Source: Pocillopora damicornis
Taxonomy: Eukaryota
DNA: 64,000 bases
Assembly: GCF_003704095.1 (NCBI RefSeq)
Contig: NW_020847627.1
Span: 186,001 to 250,000 of the forward strand
Reading direction: 5' to 3'
Shown here piece after piece: positions 12,917 through 25,103 of the stretch. Every line of letters starts with the position of its first letter. Within the stretch, counting starts at the first letter, position 1. A program made the translations under genes and the position numbers. The notes beneath the pieces are model-generated. The model saw nothing but the letters and a program-made list of their open reading frames with translations. It did not search any database and was not told the DNA's origin.

Positions 12917-13071
12917 TATAGCAGGTAATTTAGTGTTAACAACTGAGTTGAAAACGTAAATTAGCCACCGTAAAGGGTAAAAAAGCTGAAATTTCGAGCG
13001 TTAGCCCTTCGTCAGAGCGATTGACTAATTTACATTTTCAACTCAGTTGTTAACTCTAAATTACCTGCTAT
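12861..13071 (-). mobile_element. Penelope-like element terminal repeat with 47-bp inverted duplication and minimal type I hammerhead core (12985-13018)
   Basis: Minus strand GCT CTGACGA AGGGC TAAC GCTC GAAA TTTC AGC; inverted repeat 12918-12964 vs 13025-13071 with 2 mismatches; about 160 nt homologous to 54235-54395. Confidence 0.75.
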
Positions 13072-13188
13072 CTTAAATTACAGTTTTATTCCCTATTACA
13101 GTGGTACGTCTGATTGAGTGAGATTGGAGTTTTCGATTTTATCTCACTGAGTTTATCTTAAAAGACTCCTGCAAATATACTGATGCTA

Positions 13189-14100
13189 TTACAGTGGTAC
13201 GTCTTTGTCTGTTCTTACAGAGCTTTTGAAGCTTTGTAATTTTCGCAGAGCCCTACGGAATTGTGGAAGCTTCAATGTATATATTACTGGATTCACGACG
13301 GAGTTCCCATACTGCAATAGTTTAGCAAAGTAAAAGAAATTTAAGGGTACGGATTTCAAAGCTTTTTGATCAAAACTGTAAATTACATTAAGCAGATAAA
13401 ACGGCAGCCACATCACAATAAAAGCGACAGTTACTATAAGCATTGCCAGGGCAATGGATTTTTCTTTGACTATGAAATCGAGGTTTTCTTTTCGTCTTGT
13501 GATTTTGGTCCAGATAGAAGCGTGGGCGGCTATTATGGTCATCAAGGCGATGGACACGAATATGAAGATAACATGTTTGTCATATGAGAAGGTCAGAACT
13601 CCAAGTGATGTTAGAATCTTCATGGAAGTAAGGACTCCCGATGTTACCCAAACACAAGCTGCAGACAACCAATAGAGCCTTGACCTCCTAGAAACACAGC
13701 GGTGCTTTAGAGGTCGGTAGACAGAATACGCCCTTTCTAAGGCAATCATTGCTAAAATAAACATCGAGGATAATCCTGAAAAGACGTCCACGCCGAGGTA
13801 CACATGGTTCGTGATCATGTCTCTCCATAAGAAGCTTTTGTGCGAATTATAGAAAATATAAATGTACATTGGGAACGCTATGCTTCCAACCATCAAGTCA
13901 GCGATGGCTAAATTCAATAGGAGAATATTGCTCCTCTTACGCAAAAGCCTTTTCATTGTGAAAACGAAAACGGCGAACACGTTGGCACAGATTATGCCAA
14001 CTGCTGTGAGGCTGTACGTTATGCACCATAAGATAACTCCATAAGTTGGGGTACTTGGTTTCCAATCTCTTTGCGTGTTGTTTGTGTTTGACATGTTCAT
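13189..14100 (-). CDS. Class A GPCR 3 (303 aa from ATG 14100), ends DVPL
   Basis: NLAIADL, LERAY, WLPFY, NSVVNPVIY; the ORF-track extension to 14151 runs through the acceptor CCATTTTCCTTACAG (AG at 14103-14102) directly before the ATG; AATAAA at 13090-13085. Confidence 0.95.
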   Translation of the reverse strand: MNMSNTNNTQRDWKPSTPTYGVILWCITYSLTAVGIICANVFAVFVFTMKRLLRKRSNILLLNLAIADLMVGSIAFPMYIYIFYNSHKSFLWRDMITNHVYLGVDVFSGLSSMFILAMIALERAYSVYRPLKHRCVSRRSRLYWLSAACVWVTSGVLTSMKILTSLGVLTFSYDKHVIFIFVSIALMTIIAAHASIWTKITRRKENLDFIVKEKSIALAMLIVTVAFIVMWLPFYLLNVIYSFDQKALKSVPLNFFYFAKLLQYGNSVVNPVIYTLKLPQFRRALRKLQSFKSSVRTDKDVPL

Positions 14101-17100
14101 TCTGTAAGGAAAATGGCAGTCAACTTGAGCGAGGTTTATATTCAGAAGCAAGCATAAAGTACTGATAAAACAATTAAATCAATTACAAGGGACCTTCACC
14201 AGACTGTTTAGCGTAGGACCAAATTGGATCAATTGGTTTACTTCAGTTGTAGGAATCTTGACTTTGAAAATTGATTACAGTTAATTCACACCAAAACATT
14301 ATTCTAAAGTACCTCTGTTGCTCCATTTTTTGATTGGCCACCGGATTTTCAGTAATGTTTCACAGACAGGAGGAAATGCGCATTTCGTCACTAGATGACT
14401 TTTAAGAATTGTGTTTTTCATTTTGGAGATCTACGAGTTCTTGCCGTTAAATAGTCAAATAGTCATCACTTCAGTATTAAATTGTACTGTTGCTGTGTGC
14501 AACACATTCCTCTACACTTTTTAAATCTAAAATTTATCAGCTGTTTTCTCACTGGGAAGTTAAACAACACGCCGGTGTCTCATCTAAATATACGATACTA
14601 TTAAAAAGGATTTTACTGGAAGGCTATACTGGTTCGTATTTTTAGAGCTACATAACGAAGATATTTTTGACTGAATGGTCGACAATCATACACAGTACAT
14701 AATGATCTACCTGTAGGTATATCCAAAGGATTTATTCAGCAATAGCAAATAACTATCAAGAATATCGCGTGTTACAGAGTTAGAACCTCTACAGGCAAAG
14801 TTAATCTGACACTCTTTGATCCGATCAAGCTGATTTTGTTTAGACCCCATATGATTTTCCAAAACTAGAGAAAGGCCAAAGACCAATGCGATGACATACT
14901 GTTCAATAGTTGCACGGAGAGACTCTGAAAATTCCCGGTTTAAACGGAATACTTACGTCTATAACCTTTGCCCGGATACTAATTTGAAGATCCGTATACA
15001 TGCACGTAACAAACAGCTAGGTCAAGATTTCCTTTGAGACGTTAGCCTGTATTTAAAAAAAACTTCTCATTTTATAGTAGCAGTAACGCAGAGTGCTGCA
15101 TTAAATGGTAAAGTACTGGCATTAATTGCAGGTTTCGCGATTAAGTCTAACAATAATTAGCCGAGCCGCCATATACTTTTAAGTGTCAGTTTTGAGATCA
15201 GTTACTCCTTCCCCTCGACTTGTCCTGTGAGTTCTACACCGAATTTCAAAACTCGTGGCGCGCTGGAAAATTCCGTTGATGTTGTACTGTCAGAGGCTTT
15301 TTTTGTTTTGTTCTGTTTTGTTTTGTTTTGTTTTTTGCCTTACTGTTTTAATGGTTATCCAAATGGAACAGAGTGCTCTCTAAAAAGGTTAAAATAAAGC
15401 AAAGTGATGATATGTTGAACTCCATTCGGCTCATTCTTGCATAGCTCGCCTTCCGCTGAGGTGGAGGATCACATCAACGTTAATATGATTAACATAAGAG
15501 GAACACCAGGGGCTGTTTTATTTTAAAATTATCTTCCTTCCACTGGTTCATTTAAAACATCCCACGAAATGTAAGGTAGATATGAATAACATTACGCACG
15601 TATAACTAGTAAAAATGTCACAGTCACTATAATTTTGGCTGTTGGCGAACTTTCGAAGGAACAGTTGTGTTGTCAGTGGCCTTCAGGTAAACATATGCCA
15701 CTGAATCAACTGAAGTCAAACGACAGAACGATGAAGACATAACCATTATTATTATCATCATTATTTTCATTATCCTTCTTAAAGAGAAAACTATAAAACA
15801 ATCTGTTATCCATAACATGATAAATGTGAGAAACAAACTACATGGAGAAAATGAAAATGATTAAGGAAAATATTGTATCAAGAGAGTTCACTTATTTTTC
15901 TTGACTTAAGAGAGTGACAAGTGGGGCTGGAGCGTGGAATGATGGCAATTTAAACGTCAGTTTACGTTTGAAAATATACTTATCCAAAACATACCTACAA
16001 ATTTTTGCACTGAATGGCTGAAGCACTAGTAAAATCTTCTCTCCATCACCGACAGATCTGGTTTCAAAGGTTCGTTCTACGATATCTGGTTAATTACTTC
16101 TCTAAGAAACCTTAACCTCAACAGAGCGGGGCATGGGAAAAGAAAAAGTAAAAGAATTTTCTTAAAGTATGTCATAGCCACTTAACTCACACGTCAACAA
16201 ATCGCGCTGAGTCATACTATTGTGTTCGGTTTCGTCCGTTTGGCAGGAATGCTGTTTCAATTTCCTGCCTCGACTCACTCATCTGCTAATCAACCGGAAA
16301 GATGGGTTTGTAAGATTTAGTTTAGAAGGTTGTCTGTCTGTAAATTTGTTTTAAAAAGATTGTTTACTTAGCTAAGTTGATTATAAAACCGGCTGTGGTG
16401 GTAGATCACACTTCAAGAAAGAAAAAAAAATCGACAAAACAGCCATAATTGCATTAAAGTAACAGAGTGAAGATTTAAAAGGAAAAGTAACATTCTTGGG
16501 GTTTAAAGAGAACAAGATCGTTTCCTTAGGAAATATCGTGATCTTGGATCATAATAAATCAAAATATCAAGGCATAATTTTGAGACGCAACTGATATTGA
16601 AGGTCAGAGATGAAGACAACTTTACGAGTCCACATAAATCACTAAATTATAAGATCAAATTGTGGCCGTATACCATTTTTTGGGTCAAGTAAACGTTATT
16701 TTGCTTGGTCTGAGAACCAGGCACCTCATCAAGATCATCTAAATTCAGTGATCATGACATTCTCAAAAATTACCTCTCTGAAAATAGAACAAGCAATCTC
16801 ACTGGGAAATCACCTCAACCATCGTTAAAAACAGTGCACATTTTACAAACTAAAACTGTAGACACTAACCTGATAGGCTCTGAGGTAGGCATTAATGCGA
16901 TTAATCTTTGTTATATTGCACCGTTCCGATCATTCTATCGCGCAGTTGGAATGATTGCTCTACGAATTGAAACCAAAATGGTGCAAATCAAGCAACAAGA
17001 AATATTATCCTACAGGATTGACAGATAAAAGTTTAGAGTTCTCTGTGAAGCAATTCCAGCATCTCTGCAAAAGGATCCAGATAAGTGGGACTGATCACTC

Positions 17101-18351
17101 ACCATGCAATAGGTAAGAAGAAAAGTACGACTCGCATCATTTAGTTCCATATGAATGACGACATCAGCTTTGTCACCTTGGTAGCTAAGAGTGTTGACCT
17201 TCTGAGAGAATGATAAGCTAGAAACGCTCAGTCAGTTTTCTTAAACTGGGGCACTTCTGGTAGATATCTGGTTGGGATCATTCTGAAAAACCAGCACTGA
17301 AATCTCCGCTGAGAGTTCATTAAGGAACGTAAACTTGAAAAGAAACACAAAACCAGCAGGGATTCTCATATTTACCAATTTAGTGTAATAAGCCGATTTT
17401 AATTAATACCATATTTGTCACTTCGATAAGGATGACTTCATAACGCACATTTTTATAACAATCTTTATTTACATTGTGCTAGGTGTTAATTTGCCTAATG
17501 TATCGTATAGAAAGATAAGGTTATCAGAATCCATTTTCGAAACCTTTACTTTCCTTAATGTGTTTCTGACGAACTCAGCAGCTAATGCTGTCTGTAAGCC
17601 TTCGTGCCTTTGTCTAACAACATATTTCGTAGCAGGTCAAACAGTTTTTTGCAGCTGATTATCTTGAATAAATCATGATGGATGGCTCTAGAGGTCTATT
17701 CGTTACGTGTTAATACAAAGACTCATTATAAAATTAACTTGTCACTTCACTGATTCGGGTCCAACGGCATTTTTCGGACGATTCTGTTCACCTACTTTCG
17801 CTTCTAATTGTTGAATGTGTTTTCGTCAAAAGAATTCTTCAGACCTTCAAAATTGAAGTTACATCGAGAACAATCATTACTTAGCTAAAAATAGTGGATG
17901 AGATACATTCAATTTGTTTACTTGACAGGGACATCTTAAGCAATGATATATGAAGAGACTCAAAGTCTAACTTTCAAGTATTGAATAACAATTCTATAAA
18001 GAAGGTAATTTAATTAAGCTGGGCGTAAGCGTTTCACGAAGACGCATTCAGGTGAGGGTAAGGCATCAAGTTACCTGATCGACAATTCGAGAAAAGTCTG
18101 GGAGAACCGACGCTGTTGGAAAGTTAAAGTTTGCATTGCAACGGAGTGTACGCCGGAGATATGAGACGTTTCTTAAGAACCAGACAAAGCAAATTGCTTG
18201 TGAGAACAAACTTTTCAACACCTTGACATCCAGTCTGGCCTTTGCAAATGCTAACCCGGGACTGAAAGATTGCAGCTGTTAATCGCCCTAGCTCCCTCGA
18301 TCACTATGTAAAATCTGTGCGTATAATGACCTAGATTAAGTAAGTGCCTAC

Positions 18352-19281
18352 TTACGTTTTAGCCGAATGCATTTCAAACGTCGAAATTCCAGTTTCGTCA
18401 TTGTTTCTTAGTTTTCTAAAAATACTGGCAACAGTCTTCCTAAACTCGGGAACCAAAAAGGAGTATATTATAGGATTAACACAAGAGTTGCCATAGTGCA
18501 AGAACTTTGCAAAATTGACACCATCGATTGACATTTTCCTACACGGGTAGCAGAAAAACGCCAAAATATTTATGATTTGAAATGGCATCCACGTGAGACC
18601 GAACACCACAGTCACTATAAACAGCAAAATGGCGAGTCGCTTGTCCTGTTCCCTCTTACGTTTGTTTCCCTCTCTATTGGCGAACCGGAACTTCATTTTG
18701 AACCATATTACAGCGTAAGAGATACAGATTATCAAGAGGGCGATAGAGAATAAAACCAGCATAACATAGAAGAAAAATTTCAATTTAAGGAGGTCTGTCT
18801 CATACAGAAACCGCAAACAGGATACCAAAATAGACAGCAGCCATATCAAGCCTAGAAGTCCATAATAAGTCTTTACTCTTGCATGGCGATGAATCTGAGG
18901 TAAACAAACAGAGAATGCTCGTTCTAAGGCGATGAATGTTAATGTGTAAATTGAAGCACAACCGACAAAAACATCAACTGCCGTATAAATCTTAGAGCTG
19001 AACTGTTTCCAGACACCTTCACCATTATACAACGCGGAAATCAAATGATAGACGTACATGGGTATGGCGAATGTACCAACCATCATATCAGCTATAGCTA
19101 GATTTATTAGGAAGTAATTTGCGCGTGTGCGCAAAAGTTTTTTATTCCTAAAGAATACAAGGAGCGTTATGACATTCCCAAGTATTACGACGACATCCAG
19201 CAATCCGTATGCTAAGCTCCACGCCACCAGCGAACCAGCTGCTTGTTCATTACCTTCATGTTGTGAAGAAGAGTTGTTCAT
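18352..19281 (-). CDS. Class A GPCR 4 (309 aa from ATG 19281); close paralog of GPCR 5
   Basis: NLAIADM, LERAF, WMPFQ, NSCVNPIIY, VPEFRK; acceptor TTTATTCCACCAG (AG at 19303-19302); MNNS start as in paralogs. Confidence 0.95.
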   Translation of the reverse strand: MNNSSSQHEGNEQAAGSLVAWSLAYGLLDVVVILGNVITLLVFFRNKKLLRTRANYFLINLAIADMMVGTFAIPMYVYHLISALYNGEGVWKQFSSKIYTAVDVFVGCASIYTLTFIALERAFSVCLPQIHRHARVKTYYGLLGLIWLLSILVSCLRFLYETDLLKLKFFFYVMLVLFSIALLIICISYAVIWFKMKFRFANREGNKRKREQDKRLAILLFIVTVVFGLTWMPFQIINILAFFCYPCRKMSIDGVNFAKFLHYGNSCVNPIIYSFLVPEFRKTVASIFRKLRNNDETGISTFEMHSAKT

Positions 19282-19762
19282 TAAGATGGTGGCGTTTTGT
19301 CCTGGTGGAATAAAGCATAAAACAAGACCATCAGTCAACTGTTAATGTTTTAAGGAACCTTTTAGTTGCTCGAGATGAGATCATGTTGCAATATACCGGA
19401 TTAGTGAACTTGCTTTGCTGCTCAATACGTTTCATTTACATACCTACTTATGTCCTGATGATGCATTGAATGGGCCCAGGAGAGATTCAGTGCAAGGAAA
19501 TGGGATAAGAGGTTGTAAAACCACCTTTTAAGAATAGTCAGGGTCTCTTTACCTTCCGCCCCACGAGGGAACTAGAGTTAAGAGAACGAAGTATTCACCA
19601 GCGTATTGGTCATGCCCTTCGGTTGGGGGTCCCTGGACGAGGAAGGTGGTCATGATAATGTGGGGGTAATTTCAAATATTTTATCTAAAAGGATCCATAC
19701 TTGCGGGTGCAATAAACAGGTAAAGGTACTTTCTTTTAGGCTCTGTAAATCATGTCATAATT

Positions 19763-20900
19763 AAAATACCATCAAAAAACTGAGAAACTACGAGCACCCT
19801 GATTGGTCAAAGTCCTACCGTCTATTGCACTGGTAAACCCATAGAAAACAGACGTTCGTTCTATAAAATATTGCTTTACTAATTTTTATACAAGTTTAGA
19901 TGATTCTTACTAACGATCGATTGTAGGACAAATGCATAGACGAAGTCACCATTGAAAACCTTTTGCTTCATTATTATGTAAATGAAATAGTTGTCCCATG
20001 CGTCGGTTCAGTAATAAATCACAGGATACGTGGTAAGAACACTAGTGACACCCGCCTGCACATCGTGTGCCATGGAATATATTTTTTTAATTGGCAAAGT
20101 AGTCTTAAGTAGAGTCAATTCTTTCTTGGTCGGAATTTTGTCAGTTAGATCATTTCATCGAAAGCGGCCATAACTATATATTATTTATTTTTAAAATGAA
20201 ATCACAGATACTCTCATTTGTCGCAAATAATCTGCCTGAACATTGATATTTAAAAAAGCTTAATACGAAGACGAATTTTCCGTGACAAATACATTTATCC
20301 TTAAGATCTCAAAACTTCTCTATGTTGAGATCGAAACAGACGAAAACCAGGGAACCATGGGCGATTTTAGAAAGACAAACGAGTAAACACAAATACGAAA
20401 TTCTTCTCTGCTTCATGAAATTTAATATCGTGACTAGTGAAAGATTTGACAGCCTACCTGTTTTCGAGATGGGGCACCTTGCCAACCTGAATTTTGTTCA
20501 GAAAATACGCGACAAAAACCTTCATGAGATTTCAGCAAAGCCTACGGTCATTGGGTCTTTCGACAAATTTCATTTCGAACGTCCTTAATAGTTCTTTAAG
20601 GCTTGCTCACACTCCACATGAAATAACCCTATGTAAATCTGATCACAGACAAGCGGTACTAGTCCGATTTCTCCTGATTGCGTGCGTCATAAAAAATACG
20701 TCATTACGGAAGCCCCTCGACTTCAAGTGTCCGGAAGTGCATTCGCCACCATTTACTGTTATATACATGGGCTTTTGTGAACCTTGTATGGAACATCAGC
20801 CCCTCAATCTCGTTTAGCATGGACCCTGATGCACTCGTCCCATATTGCCTCGACCTCGTGCTAACATTCCCAAGTTAACTGTCCTCACGCTCGTTAGTAA
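19763..20900. repeat. Cluster of decayed interspersed repeat (non-autonomous TE) fragments
   Basis: Recognised by eye as resembling abundant anthozoan repeats (CTGATTGGTCAA..., ...CTCACGCTCGTTAGTAAG); no coding capacity; not verified by search. Confidence 0.4.
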
Positions 20901-23900
20901 GAAATCATCACATCAACTCTTCGGTCTGTCGTTGCAGTACTACGATGAAGGCACAAGCGAAGATTTTCCTTTCATTTTTTGGCGTCTTAACTAAGCAGGT
21001 GTGAGATGATATAACCGAGCGGCAAAAATCACCTTCCAAGTTACTCCCTACGTTTTTCCTTGTATTGCTCGACTAAGAACATTACACTCTTTGACGTCGA
21101 TGACCTGGTCAAGTTCTCCTCTCTTCCTCCCAAAAAAGTGAATAATAATCTCCTAAACTTGCTTACACATTCCGTTCAAACTGCTTTACTGTTGCTGTTC
21201 TGGCGACTAACTTAATCAGTTTGAACTCACACTGTGCAGCGGCTGTCCACTGATTCCGTAATTCATTACGTCTTATACTGACTGTGTTACGCGTACGTGA
21301 CGATATCATGAGCCGTTACTTGTGACTTACAGATTTACTTTCAGCTTGTGGCAAACCACGATATGACATTTTCATAATATAAAATCGTCAAAATGGAGAA
21401 AATTAACTAAAAATGACCGAGAGGTGTTGAACATCCACAATCTTATTGCAAGGAGAAGCTTGCTAGAATTTTCAGTTGCTACAAGTCTTGGTCGCAGCGC
21501 TAACGAAAGCTTAAAACAAAGGCTTTGAGGAAATTTGAAACTGCAACTTTACTTGCGATAAATTAGGTGATGTCAACAATTTGTACATGAGGAAATGGAT
21601 TTTTTAAGACAAGATAGGACATTTCTGAAATTGGTGTGGAAGAAAAGAAAGAGGCTCGTGATTTAAAGATCTGGGTGGCAAACAGTTAACCTTTGATATT
21701 ATTTCCGTCGAGTTCGGAGCCTTACAGTACCTCACCTCCCCCTTGTTAAAACAAAGATTCTCAAACATAAACCGTGACGCACTAATTGAAGAGCTTGTCA
21801 AGACAACCGGTCCAAATCTTCTTTTGTTTAGGATTACTTCTTAATCGTTGAGCAAAATGCCGCAGGTAGATTATCTTTTCGAACGTGATAAGTGAAATTC
21901 TTGAAACATTTGATAGGCGAAATAAACTGAATGAAGTTCCGACTCCTTATGTGACGTATTTGGATTCCGTCGTTGGCGTTGTTTAGCCATGTAAAACGTT
22001 AGTTCCCGCGTCAAAGGAATTTCTTGGTTTGCAGGAATTATACTAGAGATGACATGATTAGCGAGGCGTAAGTTTAGTGTAAATGTAAGACTTACTACAC
22101 GATTGTATTAGAGCCAGCGTAATTTTGTCGCTCACAACTCATTACATGGGTGACAATTGCTTATCAAGTGAACTTGAACGGAACATTCAGTATCTTCTTC
22201 TTACCTCGCTTTTAGAGCATTTTACACGTTCGGCAATATCCGTGACTTGAGTGTTTTGATCATCGGCCTTCGCAATTCAAAGAATGTCCAGCAAATTTTC
22301 GATGAGCATCTGTAGATTGTTTGTTAATAAATTAGCAAGTGCGTGATCATTCAGAACCCTGAGAGGTATTTCAATGAACAACAAAGCAGCATGTAGTCTC
22401 AAATTTGGCAACTAGTATAATAGGTCGACTTGTACGGCACTCACATAACCTTCTGAAACAATAAATATCTCTTGTTTCACCTGAGATGCAATTCTTCGTC
22501 GGTATAAAGGTCATTTCTGGCATTTTGCAGGAATTCTTGAAACCATGCTATCCGTGAAGGCGACGTAGGCGTCTAAAATTTGTTTATTTAAGCATTTTTG
22601 AAATGTTAATTTTATGTATTTTTAAGATAAGAAGGCGTCAATGGTGTGTAAAAATATTATATTGAGAATAGATGGGAGGGGTGGGAAAGGATCCTACGAA
22701 TGCCAGCTTGCGTTACCATGTTTCGTTGGATCTAAGACGGATAAATAAAAGTGTGATAATGATAAAGAAAAAAAAGTGGAAGGAGAAAAATACTAAGCTG
22801 CAGCCACGCAACCGTTGTCTTAACCTCAATGCAATGCTTTTAGGACAGCCAAAATATTCAATAAGTTTTCTCCACACGTAATAGGCCCCAGCATGTTTAA
22901 AAGAACACAAGTTTTGGTCCCCTTAACCTATCTTATTACATGACCTGTCGAAACATATTATTTTTCTTGAGTTTCTTAAATTTAATCTCTGAAAAAATTT
23001 TGAATCTTCACGAAACGGCTATTTCATTTTATTGCCAAATGAAAATACACCAAATCATTCTAACTAAACTAAAGAGAGCCGTTACCTGTTTCCATGAGGG
23101 GAAATAAAAACAATGTGAGACAACTTTACAGCACGTTTATATGGAGTTGTGGGTTGTAACAGCCCTCCTTTCACTCAGTCTTCCGCTGATGTCTCTGCTA
23201 AGACTGGCTCGGGCCGGCGAGCAGAAATGTTTCGTATATGAGGAAAAGTTGTCCCGCCTGATAGGGTTGCCCTACCTGCTGAGGCGAGACAGCTTGCTCT
23301 GCTGAATAGTCTCTCCCCCCCCCCTCCCCCCTCAGGTGAGTGCGCCATTTTTGGTGGTTGAATATTTTCAAGGAAAGAGGGGAAGCAAATGTAATTATGG
23401 GGGGGGGGGGGGGGGAAGGGGGGGTAATCTCAGGTATTTGAGACCATTTAAAAAGACCCTAAGTCATCAACTTCGGCCAACCTTCCTCGACATTCTATAG
23501 CAATTGACATAGAAGTGATGTCTGGGAATCTTTTTGTTAAAAACTATCCCAAATAATTGTTAACGAATCGCGGTTTTCTGCTTAATTCTTTACAGTCTCA
23601 GCTATTGATAACAAACAATTTAAAAACATTGGTAGCGGTAACTCGAAACCACATTTAGGCAAGAGAAACACAAAACTTAGTTAATCAGAAAGGTTGGTCT
23701 AAAAATTATTTCTTTGATAAGTGTCTGTTGATAAGAGGCTTCTTATTTGGCCGTCAAGTTGTTGAATACTCTGCATATATATCTGTGGCAATAACCTTTC
23801 CACAGACAAGCAATAAAAACCAGAGGACACTGCCGAAGGCTCCATCCGAATATCATTCCAAATTTATTTTAATAATCAGCAGGTAGGCTACCATAAGAAA

Positions 23901-24206
23901 TTATGATATGATTTTTTTCATTATCGATAATGTTAACTTTTCTCCAGCTATGAAAATTGATGGAATTCACGCTGTTAAAATAATAGACGGACATTCAATA
24001 CTTTTCGTCTAACTAGCATGAGTCGAGTCTAGTTTAGAACTGGTGGTTTCACTGACTAAAATATCACCCCTACAATAGTTTGCATGTACCAGACTGCAAT
24101 ACCCTTTATCTTCAGACAGGAACTGGAAATATATATCGGCAAAATTGAAAAATTGCTTCGCGATTACTAAGTTTTATGTATTATTCATTTCAACTTTCAA
24201 TGTAAA

Positions 24207-25103
24207 TTAAGCTCTTATTTTGCTGCAAATTTTGACAACTGTCTTCCTAAACTCAGGTACCAAGAATGAGTAAATAATAGGATTGACGCACGAGTTACCA
24301 TAGTGCAAAAACTTTGCAAAGTAAGCGATCTCGTTGGGCATTTTCTGGCAAGACATGCAGAAAAATGCTACAATGTTTATGACTTGAAATGGCATCCAGG
24401 TGAGAACAAACACAACAGTTACTGTAGAAAGTATTACAGCGAGTCGTTTGTCATGTTCACCGGACCGCTTATGTACGCTGTCTCTCCTGGCGAAACGAAA
24501 TTTCATTTTGAACCATATTACCACATAAGATACGCAAATTATCGAGAGGGCGACGGCAAAGGAAACCAACATGAAGTAGAAGAAAAACGGTAGTGATAGG
24601 AGTTTTTCCTCAAAAAGGAATCGCAAACAAGAGACCAGAATAGACAACAGCCATATTAGGCCAAGAAGTCCATAGTAGCTGTTGTTTCTGACGTGACGAT
24701 GAACATGAGGCAAACAAACTGAGAATGCTCGCTCCAAGGCTATAACAGTGAGGGTAAATATGGAGGCGCAGCCAACAAAAACATCGACCACCTTGTAAAT
24801 CTTGTAACTATATTGCATCCAAACGCTGTCACCCTTTTCCCATGCCGCAATTAAGTGGTAAAGATACATGGGTATAGCGAACGTACCAACCATCATATCC
24901 GCTAGTGCCAGATTTATCAGGAAGTAATTTGCACGCATGCGAAGAAGCTTCTTGTTTGTAGAAAAAACGGTGAGGGTAAGGACATTGCCAACAAGGATGA
25001 CAACATCGACAAATCCATACGCAGAACTCCACGCCATTAATTCTGATAACTTCATGTTTGGTTCTTTCTCATTTCCCTGAGTGGAGATGGAGGAGTTGTT
25101 CAT
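24207..25103 (-). CDS. Class A GPCR 5 (298 aa)
   Basis: NLALADM, LERAF, WMPFQ, NSCVNPIIY; long identical blocks with GPCR 4; acceptor TTATCATTTGTAG (AG at 25132-25131); candidate donor CCG|GTAAGT at 25658. Confidence 0.96.
   Translation of the reverse strand: MNNSSISTQGNEKEPNMKLSELMAWSSAYGFVDVVILVGNVLTLTVFSTNKKLLRMRANYFLINLALADMMVGTFAIPMYLYHLIAAWEKGDSVWMQYSYKIYKVVDVFVGCASIFTLTVIALERAFSVCLPHVHRHVRNNSYYGLLGLIWLLSILVSCLRFLFEEKLLSLPFFFYFMLVSFAVALSIICVSYVVIWFKMKFRFARRDSVHKRSGEHDKRLAVILSTVTVVFVLTWMPFQVINIVAFFCMSCQKMPNEIAYFAKFLHYGNSCVNPIIYSFLVPEFRKTVVKICSKIRA

Noticed and set aside
13093-13191. Readthrough or splicing into the second DVPL of GPCR 3
   Set aside because: Double stop plus two further in-frame stops; the nearby TTTGCAG acceptor is too close to the weak donor for a normal intron
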